Positions 22,427 to 31,494 of a stretch of 64,000 bases of DNA are shown piece by piece. Origin of the DNA: a virus. Positions within the stretch are counted from its first letter, which is position 1. Each line of letters begins with the position of its first letter. The notes under the pieces were generated by a model that did no database searches, had not been told where the DNA came from, and saw nothing but the letters and a program-made list of their open reading frames with translations. The position numbers were made by a program, and so were the translations under genes. The stretch covers positions 31,560-95,559 of IMG/VR virus record IMGVR_UViG_3300023106_000002; one strand, written 5' to 3'.

Positions 22427-22801
22427 TTAATCTTTAGAGTAAAACCATTCACTTAACCATCCAAAATGTACAAGTACATTATCTTGATACCAATGCCATG
22501 TCAACATAGCTGTTATTGCACCAAATAATGCAAATAACCATGTAAAGAATACATCCCATTCATCAAAGGGTGTTACACCACCACTTTTACGTTGCTTTTC
22601 ATTCTCTCTAATCCAAGCGTATGTAGTAATAGGAATAGTTCCTACAAGTACTGTTAATAAAAATGGAATATCCATTTGTAAAAAAGTTAGCATGAAGATA
22701 GTAAATATCCATCCTCCTAGATAACCATAAAAGCTATGCAAATGATAGCGTTGTTTTACAAAGTATTTGCAAAGTTCTTTAATCTTGTTCCAAATTTTCA
22801 T
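22427..22801 (-). CDS. Small multi-pass membrane protein
   Basis: Three hydrophobic segments. Confidence 0.65.
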   Translation of the reverse strand: MKIWNKIKELCKYFVKQRYHLHSFYGYLGGWIFTIFMLTFLQMDIPFLLTVLVGTIPITTYAWIRENEKQRKSGGVTPFDEWDVFFTWLFALFGAITAMLTWHWYQDNVLVHFGWLSEWFYSKD

Positions 22802-22813
22802 AATTGATTTGTT

Positions 22814-23053
22814 TTAATTAGTACTTGAGTTCCCTTTTGGTTTTGGTCTTATATCCTTTAATATGTCATCTCCTCTCATAATAGAAATTGACCATCTCAC
22901 ATCAGCTACATTTAAAGCAATCATTGCTCCGCTGAAGAATTCTGCTTGAAGTTCTAAATACTTAATATGTGTAGGTTTGAGTTTTGGATATATGCTATTC
23001 ATTCTATGTAGAAAAGTTTCTTCTACTCTACTTCTTATTTGTTCATCGATCAT
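22814..23053 (-). CDS. Hypothetical protein
   Basis: 79 aa in operon. Confidence 0.55.
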   Translation of the reverse strand: MIDEQIRSRVEETFLHRMNSIYPKLKPTHIKYLELQAEFFSGAMIALNVADVRWSISIMRGDDILKDIRPKPKGNSSTN

Positions 23054-23055
23054 AA

Positions 23056-23298
23056 TTAAAGTTCTATATAAGTTATTCCTTCATGTTTCATATATTCTAT
23101 GATAATACAATCTTGATTAGTCATTTCATCATGTATCATAACAAGCTTTTCTTCTACATGTTCCAAATAATATTGATTTGTTAAATCTTTATCATCTGAT
23201 ATAGCTTTCAAAGAAGGACTACAATTGTTTTTAATAAAATTAGTTGTTTCTTCACTAAAATCGGGTAAGTATCCTACATGTATTGTTGTTCCCCACAT
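23056..23298 (-). CDS. Hypothetical protein
   Basis: 80 aa in operon. Confidence 0.55.
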   Translation of the reverse strand: MWGTTIHVGYLPDFSEETTNFIKNNCSPSLKAISDDKDLTNQYYLEHVEEKLVMIHDEMTNQDCIIIEYMKHEGITYIEL

Positions 23299-23310
23299 AA
23301 TGTATTCGAT

Positions 23311-23346
23311 TTAAAAAAGAGAGTGAGGTTAAACATCACTCTCTTT
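23311..23346 (-). terminator. Intrinsic terminator
   Basis: AAAGAGAGTGA/TCACTCTCTTT stem, U-tract on the minus strand. Confidence 0.7.
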
Positions 23347-23934
23347 ATAATTAAAAAATTCTTTCTTTTTCTCTAATGGAAAGTCGAGTTCCATGTTTTC
23401 ATCATTGATGTCTTTCAAAGTAATTGTTGTTCCTAATGACGTGTTAAGTTTATCGCGAAATAATTGCTTCATGATCTTTTCTTTTGTCATGATTGCAATA
23501 GCTACTTCTCTAATAGGATGAACTTTCATATCAAATAACTTATCAATGTCAGCAGAAGAATACATTTCACTATATCTTCCTTCTCTGAAAGCATCATAAG
23601 CATTAATATGTTCTTCAGGAATTTTAAGCACTATCATGTGTTTTCTACCATGTAACATATCATCATAAGGATAATCTGTTTCATAATAGTCTTGATGTTG
23701 TACATAGTTTAAGAAGTTAAGAAATTTAGCTTTCTGATATGCTTTGTCACATAACATATATATCAACTTCTTTTCTTCCATCTTTGTACCATCAAAATAA
23801 CAATCGTGAATACCAAAAGCAAGTTTATGTACAGTTGACAATTTCGCTTGAAAAGTATCTCCATAAACCTTCAAGCATGGTATTAAATACTTGAAGGTTT
23901 TGTTGAGATATACTTTTCCTATTTGGATATTCAT
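23329..23934 (-). CDS. Conserved crAss-like replication-region hypothetical protein
   Basis: 201 aa, FREGRYSEMY motif, next to the exonuclease. Confidence 0.6.
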   Translation of the reverse strand: MNIQIGKVYLNKTFKYLIPCLKVYGDTFQAKLSTVHKLAFGIHDCYFDGTKMEEKKLIYMLCDKAYQKAKFLNFLNYVQHQDYYETDYPYDDMLHGRKHMIVLKIPEEHINAYDAFREGRYSEMYSSADIDKLFDMKVHPIREVAIAIMTKEKIMKQLFRDKLNTSLGTTITLKDINDENMELDFPLEKKKEFFNYKESDV

Positions 23935-23938
23935 AGTT

Positions 23939-25222
23939 TTATACTTGTTCGCTTACTTCTTCAAAAAAATCTTCACGTTCTACAAGTCCATTCCAATCAA
24001 TGAGTAAACAGTTTTCATTAGCATCTGCTACTTGAACTTCTTTTTCAGCTTCCCAACCATTTTCTTGATGCCATAAGTAAGTATCAAGTAATTGTTCATA
24101 TCCTAAGATTGGATAACCAACAACTATAGGTGTAATCAACGGTTGCATCACATCTTCGTTCATTGGTATTTGGATGATTTGTTGTCTTCCACTTTTACCA
24201 ATATGAAGTAGAGATTTTGTTACCTCAAAGATAAGTGGTTTTCCTTGAAAAGTCGAAGATTCTACAATAAATTTAAATGGTTTTATGATTCCTCCATCTA
24301 AACCTACTGCATAATAATATGACAATGCAAGTGTGTACCATGCTGCTTGAATGTCATAACGATAACTTCTTACAGATGATATAAAATCAAATGTATTACC
24401 GTTCATAGTTTTCAAGTCAATAGGTTGAATCCACATGATTCTACCTTGTTCATCACGACATACAATTACCATGTCAAGTAACGCCTTACATTTAATACCT
24501 CTGTGCTCAAAATAAACAGGTAACTGAAGTAAAACAGTAAGTTGTGTATATTCTTGTTGAGCATCTCGATCAAAATATTTGCGAGTTCTCAAGTTTGTTC
24601 TTAATGATTCAACAATAGATTTAATACTATTGTTGGTATTACTGTCAATAATCATTTTACCATAAGAATTGATTAAGTCCTTAAAATAAATGACTGCATC
24701 TGACTTAGTTACTGCATTGAATTTTGCATCATCTCCCCATCTTGATTGATAGTTATTAACTAAACATCCTTCAAGAAGATAATCTCTCCAATTAACTAAA
24801 TCTCCTGCAAACTCGACAAATGTTGCTTGTGCAACTGGTTCTTCTAATGTATCATTATCTAATACCATAGATTCACCATCATCTTGTAGTTCTTCTACAT
24901 GATGTACAGGTGCTGTCTCAATAAGATATGCTTCATAATCTTCCTTCACAAGATTGTGTACCATTTCAATGATTGCAGCAACTGCATCAGTAGGTTTCTT
25001 TTCAGCTTCACTAATGTGAAAGTTCTCTTCAAATTCCCCTTCTTCCCCTGTTAAAATTGTATCTACTGCTTTACCAAGCACGATATATGATTGAGTAGAG
25101 ATGTCTTTATCTTCACGCTTGAAGTTTTCGATCCCTTTAAGTAATTTCTTCGCTTGTGATTGACTCATGTCATCTGATGCATAGTATGCATCAATTTCTG
25201 CTTTTGGTGTTATAATTAACAT
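23939..25222 (-). CDS. PD-(D/E)xK exonuclease (RecE/ExoVIII, DUF3799-like)
   Basis: MSQSQAK, LGKAVD, KCKALLDMV, IDLKT, YRYDIQAAWY. Confidence 0.85.
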   Translation of the reverse strand: MLIITPKAEIDAYYASDDMSQSQAKKLLKGIENFKREDKDISTQSYIVLGKAVDTILTGEEGEFEENFHISEAEKKPTDAVAAIIEMVHNLVKEDYEAYLIETAPVHHVEELQDDGESMVLDNDTLEEPVAQATFVEFAGDLVNWRDYLLEGCLVNNYQSRWGDDAKFNAVTKSDAVIYFKDLINSYGKMIIDSNTNNSIKSIVESLRTNLRTRKYFDRDAQQEYTQLTVLLQLPVYFEHRGIKCKALLDMVIVCRDEQGRIMWIQPIDLKTMNGNTFDFISSVRSYRYDIQAAWYTLALSYYYAVGLDGGIIKPFKFIVESSTFQGKPLIFEVTKSLLHIGKSGRQQIIQIPMNEDVMQPLITPIVVGYPILGYEQLLDTYLWHQENGWEAEKEVQVADANENCLLIDWNGLVEREDFFEEVSEQV

Positions 25223-25735
25223 TTAGATGTAGTGTTTTAAAATAATATCATTCTTAAAAACTTCAAATGTCATGGAGACAATAGTGAGAAATTCTGATTC
25301 AGTATCAAATCTTGCTGTTCTAATACTGTCGTATTTGAAATCAGGATTCATCTGCTTAAATTTTTCATATTGTTTCATAGACATATACAATCTTTCATGT
25401 TGTTCAGTTCTTCTCCTCTCGCCTTCACCAAGTGGTAAGTAGTGTACTAACAATAAAGGTTTTGTAAAAACCGCATCTTCTTTAGGAAACATCAAGTTTA
25501 TGCAACATTCCATTGCAAATAACTCTTTTCCTGGACTTAAACTTTTCTGTTTTCCAGCTTTGATTTGAAGATTGAAAGGAATATTAATCAAATCAATCTT
25601 CGCATCATCATGCTGTTTACTTCCTGCACGGGATGTAATGCAGAACTCAAACTTTCTACCAAAGTCTTGAAAGACTTTAGCATAGTATCGTTCTGCATTA
25701 TGCCCTATTTTTCTGTTTTTTGCTCCTTCTCCCAT
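25223..25735 (-). CDS. Holliday-junction-resolvase-like PD-(D/E)xK endonuclease
   Basis: GHNAER, DDAKIDL, NLQIK. Confidence 0.7.
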   Translation of the reverse strand: MGEGAKNRKIGHNAERYYAKVFQDFGRKFEFCITSRAGSKQHDDAKIDLINIPFNLQIKAGKQKSLSPGKELFAMECCINLMFPKEDAVFTKPLLLVHYLPLGEGERRRTEQHERLYMSMKQYEKFKQMNPDFKYDSIRTARFDTESEFLTIVSMTFEVFKNDIILKHYI

Positions 25736-25781
25736 TATAGGTTTTCAATTGAGTTATTACTCTTCTAAAAACGCGTGTTTA

Positions 25782-27086
25782 TCAGAAAGGAAGTGGTTCT
25801 TCCTCTGCTGTATTATTTGTCATATTTTGCTCTTCTCTGACAGCTTCTTGAATAAATTCATCAAGTTCTTGCTGTTGATTAACTTGTACTGGTGTATCAG
25901 ATCTTTCTGAGGATGGAACTGTGTATGTATCTGCACCCATAGTATATCTTCCAGTTTCACTAACTCTGAGTCGATCAATTTCTGATTCACCCATAGTAAG
26001 AATTGTACTTGTACCAACTGAACTTGAATTCCAAGTAATACTAGAACCATTTGCCATATCAATAGTTGTACTACCAGTAGCAATACTATGTTCTGTATCA
26101 TCAATCAATGTTACATCACTAGCTAATTCTATTGGAAAAGGTCCTGATTCTTCTGTGAAAGTGATTCCAAAGTCATCATCATTGACTGATGTTACTACTG
26201 GATCAGGATATTCAAGTTGAACACTTTGTTGATACATACCTGATAATGCTTCTCTTATACGAGCAGGATCAACACTAGCATCCAAATCTACAGAAATGCT
26301 TTGTACTTCAGTATCTTCTGTTGCTGGTACAAAATGAGTATCTAAGCTTGGATTAATGTTACGAAAGTCAATTGCATTCACATCCATTACTGCGATACGA
26401 GGAATATGAACTTTCATGTGAAGTAACAATTCATTCAATGAAGCATAATCAACTTTGAAGTTATTAGAAAAGCAAAGTTTTTCAATTTTACTACTACTCA
26501 TATAACGTACTTCAATCTCTTGTTGATATGCTTTTTGAATGTAATCTTTCTCAAACTTTACCCAAAACTTCTTGTATTTTTCTGAAGTTGCTAACTCAGT
26601 TGATACAAGCATGACAAGTTTCTTCAAACCTTCATCATGTTCTGCATCAATATAGACATTCTCTCCATTTTCTCCTCTTGTTCTTGTAGGATTAGTATAA
26701 ACTATATCCTCAGGTTTTCTCATACACATAGTAAAAAGAACATTGCTCTCCTTATCAGTAATATAAAACTTACCAGCTACTAAAGAAGTATGAGTGACTC
26801 CTTTTGTATCACTTAAAATGATTTGATGCAATGATTGATGTCCATTGAAAACTTCTACAAACCTTTCATAAGTAGTGTATTTCCTATTGTTTAAAAAATC
26901 AGGTTTAGGTTTATGCCACGATCTCATCAATACATTTTCATACCTGCTACCAATAGTATTAGCACGATAAATGTTTTTAATATTTTGCGCATTGATTATT
27001 GGTATAAACTTCGATCCAACAGTTGCCCCTATTTTAAAAGGATCGAACTTAAATGTGTTAGCAAAGTCCCACGATAACTTTATCAT
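25782..27086 (-). CDS. Hypothetical protein with acidic disordered tail, last gene of the Ubl operon
   Basis: Starts 2 nt after the E1 stop. Ser/Thr/Asp/Glu-rich C-half ending EEEPLPF. Confidence 0.7.
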   Translation of the reverse strand: MIKLSWDFANTFKFDPFKIGATVGSKFIPIINAQNIKNIYRANTIGSRYENVLMRSWHKPKPDFLNNRKYTTYERFVEVFNGHQSLHQIILSDTKGVTHTSLVAGKFYITDKESNVLFTMCMRKPEDIVYTNPTRTRGENGENVYIDAEHDEGLKKLVMLVSTELATSEKYKKFWVKFEKDYIQKAYQQEIEVRYMSSSKIEKLCFSNNFKVDYASLNELLLHMKVHIPRIAVMDVNAIDFRNINPSLDTHFVPATEDTEVQSISVDLDASVDPARIREALSGMYQQSVQLEYPDPVVTSVNDDDFGITFTEESGPFPIELASDVTLIDDTEHSIATGSTTIDMANGSSITWNSSSVGTSTILTMGESEIDRLRVSETGRYTMGADTYTVPSSERSDTPVQVNQQQELDEFIQEAVREEQNMTNNTAEEEPLPF

Positions 27087-27088
27087 AA

Positions 27089-27775
27089 TTATATCTCATT
27101 GTTAGTAAGACTTAACGGGATGAAGAATTCATAATAGAAAGGTACATCTCTATCTTTACTTCTTTCATATATGTTAGTCATGTGGTTAGTAAAAAACGCT
27201 GTCATAAGTGTAGCAATCATTGCTGCACTATGTGATGTTTGTTTCATGGTACATGGTGCATCTTGCACTTCTCCATCATCAAACAAGTTCTCTTCATATT
27301 GTGAAATAAGATCAGGAGTAACGCAAAAAATCTGCAATTGCTCCATCTCAAGTCTTCCATCAATAAAGATTGGTGTAACTGGACAATTAGGTACAGACCT
27401 TTTCCACACTTCAAATAAATCTTTCCTCGCTTTCATGTTATCGAAAGCGGAAAACATGAAGTGATGTGTTGGAGAATCTATTGTAATAGGTCGAATATCA
27501 GTATTGATACTCTTGTTATTAAACTCCATAATGACATCTTGTAAAGCTTGTACCTTAAACTTACCAATATCACTATGTCTGAATAACTGACCTCCTAAAT
27601 TGTGCTCTTCGATTCTGTCAAAATCGAATATGTTTATATCGAAACCAGCACGAGTAAGGAAGATGGCTAACCAACTTCCTATACCTCCTGCTCCTCCAAT
27701 CATAACTGTTTCATCTTCTTTAGGAAACCACGGGGCATCCTTGAATCTATTAAACTGTTGTAGCATTGTGTTCAA
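27089..27775 (-). CDS. ThiF/E1-like ubiquitin-activating adenylyltransferase
   Basis: GGAGGIGSW, DFDRIEEHNLGGQ, AFDNMKAR, FIDGR, candidate catalytic Cys in APCTMK. Confidence 0.92.
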   Translation of the reverse strand: MNTMLQQFNRFKDAPWFPKEDETVMIGGAGGIGSWLAIFLTRAGFDINIFDFDRIEEHNLGGQLFRHSDIGKFKVQALQDVIMEFNNKSINTDIRPITIDSPTHHFMFSAFDNMKARKDLFEVWKRSVPNCPVTPIFIDGRLEMEQLQIFCVTPDLISQYEENLFDDGEVQDAPCTMKQTSHSAAMIATLMTAFFTNHMTNIYERSKDRDVPFYYEFFIPLSLTNNEI

Positions 27776-28949
27776 ATTCTTTAACCATTCCGCGAATTGC
27801 TTGAACAGTAACGTTAATAAATGGGTAATCTGCTACTTTCTCTTCCAAAATATAAGCAGCTTCTTCTGAATCAACGATGAATTCATCATCTGTTGAATCA
27901 GGGAAATGCCTTTCATACACATCTGTGAAATAAGACAATGTTTTCTCAGCTAAATCATAAGCATCTATCTCTAAATCTTCAAGAGTACTTAGAACTGTAT
28001 CTAAATCTTCTTTAGGTTCAAGAGGAACACTAATTTTCATCACTTCTGAAATAAACCTTACAATAGGATCACCCATATCATTTTCTGTTAAATCTTCATA
28101 AGTAGTGAATGGAAGATTGCTGATTAAAGCATCTACCATCTTACTTCTTTCTGAAAGTTTCGATTTGTCAAGAGGAGTTTTCATCTTCTCAACAATTTTC
28201 TTCTGTTCAGGTTTCAACTGTATAACAGGTTTCTGATATGCAGGTAAAGCTTTAACAGGTTCAGGTTTTGGAGTAGGTTTAGGTTTCATAATCTCAGCTA
28301 CTGCTGAAGAGAAATCTGAAGGTACTGAGTAACGTTCTTCAGGAACAATAACATCGCATTGATAAACAAATACTTTGTTTTCTTCATAGTTAAGGTCAGT
28401 AACAAAAGAGTTATAAGACTTACCATTTTCATCTAAAGAAGTATATGGTACTTTGCCAAAGTTTTTAGCAATCTTTGCTGTGAATCCAATCTTTGCTTCA
28501 AAGTCCATGTAATTGTTTACAATCAATGAAACGTAGTAATTGTGATTTGGTGCATTTTCGATTAATTCATCTTGATCTACACCTGAAAAGAAAACTCTCA
28601 TGCAATGATGTGAATGAATATGACCAACTGACCAATCCATTCGTTCTTCATTTTCCATCAAGTAATCAGTAAACCTATCATCAAGAGTGTATTCAGTATA
28701 TCCTGCATTCCCCATATCTAATGGTAAAATATCTTGCAGGATAATCTTCATTGTTTCAGGTTTCTTGATAGAACCTTCAACTGTGTAAAAAAGTGGACCA
28801 GACCATTCAACAGTTCTTATGTTAGAACACAAGTGCTTCACTTTGTTCAGGAACGCTGTTGACATTATCATTGCTATTTGACAATGCGTAAATTCCTGCA
28901 CCATTGACGCAAGTTGCATAGAGGTGTATTTCGAGTTGTTCAGAGACAT
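27750..28949 (-). CDS. JAB/MPN+ metallopeptidase (deubiquitinase-like) with C-terminal helical domain
   Basis: EWSG plus GHIHSHHCMRVFFSGVD (JAMM motif). Exact start uncertain. Confidence 0.88.
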   Translation of the reverse strand: MSLNNSKYTSMQLASMVQEFTHCQIAMIMSTAFLNKVKHLCSNIRTVEWSGPLFYTVEGSIKKPETMKIILQDILPLDMGNAGYTEYTLDDRFTDYLMENEERMDWSVGHIHSHHCMRVFFSGVDQDELIENAPNHNYYVSLIVNNYMDFEAKIGFTAKIAKNFGKVPYTSLDENGKSYNSFVTDLNYEENKVFVYQCDVIVPEERYSVPSDFSSAVAEIMKPKPTPKPEPVKALPAYQKPVIQLKPEQKKIVEKMKTPLDKSKLSERSKMVDALISNLPFTTYEDLTENDMGDPIVRFISEVMKISVPLEPKEDLDTVLSTLEDLEIDAYDLAEKTLSYFTDVYERHFPDSTDDEFIVDSEEAAYILEEKVADYPFINVTVQAIRGMVKEFEHNATTV

Positions 28950-30072
28950 AATTTAAAAATTTAGGATAAACAATACATTCCTGAAGGTTAACCTCTTCAG
29001 TAGGTTGGAGTTCTGTGATAGTGAAATAAATTCTCTTACCACTAATATAAACAAATGGAAGTTCTCCATTTATCATCATTTTATTAAGTGTTTCTTTTGG
29101 ATTGAATTGAGCACCTTGACTGATTTTGTAGAAACTTCTATCACTACCTTGTTTACATAGTACTTGTTCAGAATGATCTTTCAGATAATCTATATAAAGG
29201 TTTTTTATACCTTCTTTAAAGAATTCATCATGTTTGATTTTAAATCTTTCTTCACTATAAACAAAGTTTGCAGGAATTGGCATACCTTCACTTCTCATCA
29301 TTGCAAATAAGTCATCAAACCTATGCTGCATTCTGTCTTCACTCATGTTGAATTTTCCTCCTGCTGCTTGAAGTACAATGTTTCTCATGTATCTAAAAGG
29401 TCTGCCTTCTTCACTCTCCCATCTAACATAGTTATCAAGAGTCATGAATAAAAGTTCAAACTTTTGAATATCAAATGGATCTGCATTGATTTCAATAGTA
29501 AGTTCACTCATATCTTCTGAACCAAGGCAGAATTCTCTCAATTTAAAGATTTCTTCTCTCTTGTCCCATGCTGAATAAGTAGTGTTTTCAAATTCTAAGC
29601 CAGGTAAGTGACTATGTAAGTAACCATTTGACCACTCATCATGTTTGACAGTTAATCGAGTTCCTTTCATAGTACTCAAATTAATACCTGTAATATCATA
29701 ACTCAAGTCAAAATATACAAGTAAATTTTCAAGTTCTCTTTCATTACTAGTACTATTAGTGATTGTAATTTTATCATAGTTGATAATAATAGCAGGACAA
29801 TAAAGTTTTCTATCTGTAACAGTCATGTGAATATCCCAATTATCACCATAATGATTATTCATCAAAGTTATCAATTGACAAAGTTGTTCATAATAAACTG
29901 TTGCATCATCTCCTATAACTTTAGTAAATCCACGAGTACTGGTAGCAATTTTACCTTTATCAAACAACCTCTTTAACCATTTTGGATCTTTAGTAAGAGC
30001 CATTTGTCTAGCATTGTTAATGAATTGCTGTCTCCTGCTAGTAGAGTCATGCATACTATTGCTTAAATTCAT
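28822..30072 (-). CDS. Putative prokaryotic E2 (ubiquitin-conjugating-like) protein
   Basis: GYLHSHLP ... EFCLG resembles the E2 HPN...(I/V)CL active-site signature; lies between Ubl and JAB/E1. Confidence 0.6.
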   Translation of the reverse strand: MNLSNSMHDSTSRRQQFINNARQMALTKDPKWLKRLFDKGKIATSTRGFTKVIGDDATVYYEQLCQLITLMNNHYGDNWDIHMTVTDRKLYCPAIIINYDKITITNSTSNERELENLLVYFDLSYDITGINLSTMKGTRLTVKHDEWSNGYLHSHLPGLEFENTTYSAWDKREEIFKLREFCLGSEDMSELTIEINADPFDIQKFELLFMTLDNYVRWESEEGRPFRYMRNIVLQAAGGKFNMSEDRMQHRFDDLFAMMRSEGMPIPANFVYSEERFKIKHDEFFKEGIKNLYIDYLKDHSEQVLCKQGSDRSFYKISQGAQFNPKETLNKMMINGELPFVYISGKRIYFTITELQPTEEVNLQECIVYPKFLNYVSEQLEIHLYATCVNGAGIYALSNSNDNVNSVPEQSEALVF

Positions 30073-30079
30073 ATATTTA

Positions 30080-30118
30080 AAAAAATTAAAGAGTTCCGCA
30101 TATAAATGCAGAACTCTT
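30080..30118 (-). terminator. Intrinsic terminator/attenuator between Ubl and E2 genes
   Basis: Minus strand AAGAGTTCTGCA-TTTATA-TGCGGAACTCTT followed by TAATTTTTTT. Confidence 0.7.
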
Positions 30119-30128
30119 ATTAAACTTC

Positions 30129-30737
30129 TTAGTTTCTAAAGCCTCTTTCCATGTCAGCAGCTTCTTTGGCTAACCTTTTGGTTTCTGCTTCATCTGTTTC
30201 CGCTGCAATATCATCTGCACCTTTTTTTGATGCAGGTTTAGTTGAAGCTTTTGGCGCAGGAGCAACTTTAGTAGCTGTTTTCGCAGGAGTTGCTTTTTTA
30301 GCTGCTGTTGTTTTAGCAGCAGCTTTAGCAGGTGCTTTCTTTCCTTTAAAAGATTGCACTTTACCACGCAACTCTTCAATTTTCATTGAAGAGTAACCAG
30401 TATAATGCTCTTTTGCATTGTCAAATGCAGCAATGTCTTCTTTGACAAGTGCTTTCAAACCTTTTAAATCGGCTCCTGCTCCACGTTTTGCAGCCATACC
30501 TGATTTGGTTTTCTTTGGTCGCATAAATACAGTAAAAGGTTCTTCAGGTAAAGCAGCTTCTACATGGACAAGGTCAAGTTTTGACCCTCCAATAGTTGAA
30601 TGTAATTGATCAACTTCGTAACCTTGTGCTTTCAACAGCGGGATAAGTCCTCCCCATGTTGTTGCATCAGATTCGATCTTCGCTTTCTTGTTACCTCTTG
30701 TTGAATAAACTGTAATTGTTCTTTTTGTTGCGCTCAT
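30129..30737 (-). CDS. Putative ubiquitin-like (beta-grasp) precursor with helical domain and Lys/Ala-rich tail
   Basis: First 80 aa show a beta-beta-alpha-beta pattern ending FMRPKKTKSG(80), then a short helical domain and a histone-H1-like K/A/P tail. First gene of the E2-JAB-E1 run. Confidence 0.65.
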   Translation of the reverse strand: MSATKRTITVYSTRGNKKAKIESDATTWGGLIPLLKAQGYEVDQLHSTIGGSKLDLVHVEAALPEEPFTVFMRPKKTKSGMAAKRGAGADLKGLKALVKEDIAAFDNAKEHYTGYSSMKIEELRGKVQSFKGKKAPAKAAAKTTAAKKATPAKTATKVAPAPKASTKPASKKGADDIAAETDEAETKRLAKEAADMERGFRN

Positions 30738-30759
30738 AATAAAAATGTGTTGTTTTAAA

Positions 30760-31494
30760 TTACCAATTAATTGTGTTTAGAGACAACTGCTCTAAAAGTT
30801 TGTTAACAAAATAAAAATGATTGCATCCAAAAAACCCTGCATTTGATGAGTATGCTTCTGCTGCGGGATGTGCTGCTGTCAATACATAGTTCTTTAATGG
30901 GTCAATAGGTATCTGCTCAATTGTCTGTTTTGTATATCCTTTAACTCGGATTATCGATTTTGCTGACATATATGTTGCATAGTCCTGTGCTTTTCTCCCC
31001 CAAAGTAACCATATACAAGGATGTTGTTGACTAATGTAGTAAACTACTCGCTTAGTAAATTCATCCCAGTATCGTAAATGACTGCCTGCTCTACCCGATT
31101 CAACAGTTAGCGCAGTATTAAGTAAAAATACTCCTTGTTCTTCCCAATGCTCCAAAGTCTGCCAAGTACCAGCAAAGAATGATGGTGGAGGTGTATGCTC
31201 GAAATTGAGCAAAAGTTCTTTTCTAATATTCGCAAGCGAAGCAGGAACTTTATTACCTTCATTGACAGCAAATGCTAATCCATTAGCATAGTTTGGTATA
31301 GGGTAAGGGTCTTGTCCAAGTATCACTACTTTGATAGAACTTAATGGTTGTCTGAATACTCGAAAAATGTTTTGTTTTTGTGGATACGCTGAAATGTTAG
31401 GAAGTACTTCTAAATTCAGCTTCAATAGTTTCCCATGATGAAGTTCTCCAAGAAGAGGCTTCCATGATTCATGGATAATGTCAGTAGGATTCAT
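30760..31494 (-). CDS. ung: Uracil-DNA glycosylase (family 1)
   Basis: KVVILGQDPYP, GLAFAV, PASLANI, QGVFLLNTALTV, LLWG, AHPAA. Confidence 0.95.
   Translation of the reverse strand: MNPTDIIHESWKPLLGELHHGKLLKLNLEVLPNISAYPQKQNIFRVFRQPLSSIKVVILGQDPYPIPNYANGLAFAVNEGNKVPASLANIRKELLLNFEHTPPPSFFAGTWQTLEHWEEQGVFLLNTALTVESGRAGSHLRYWDEFTKRVVYYISQQHPCIWLLWGRKAQDYATYMSAKSIIRVKGYTKQTIEQIPIDPLKNYVLTAAHPAAEAYSSNAGFFGCNHFYFVNKLLEQLSLNTINW

Noticed and set aside
27089-27775. ThiF as a thiamine/molybdopterin auxiliary metabolic gene
   Set aside because: No ThiG, ThiS-GG or MoaE partners; neighbours are JAB and E2-like genes.
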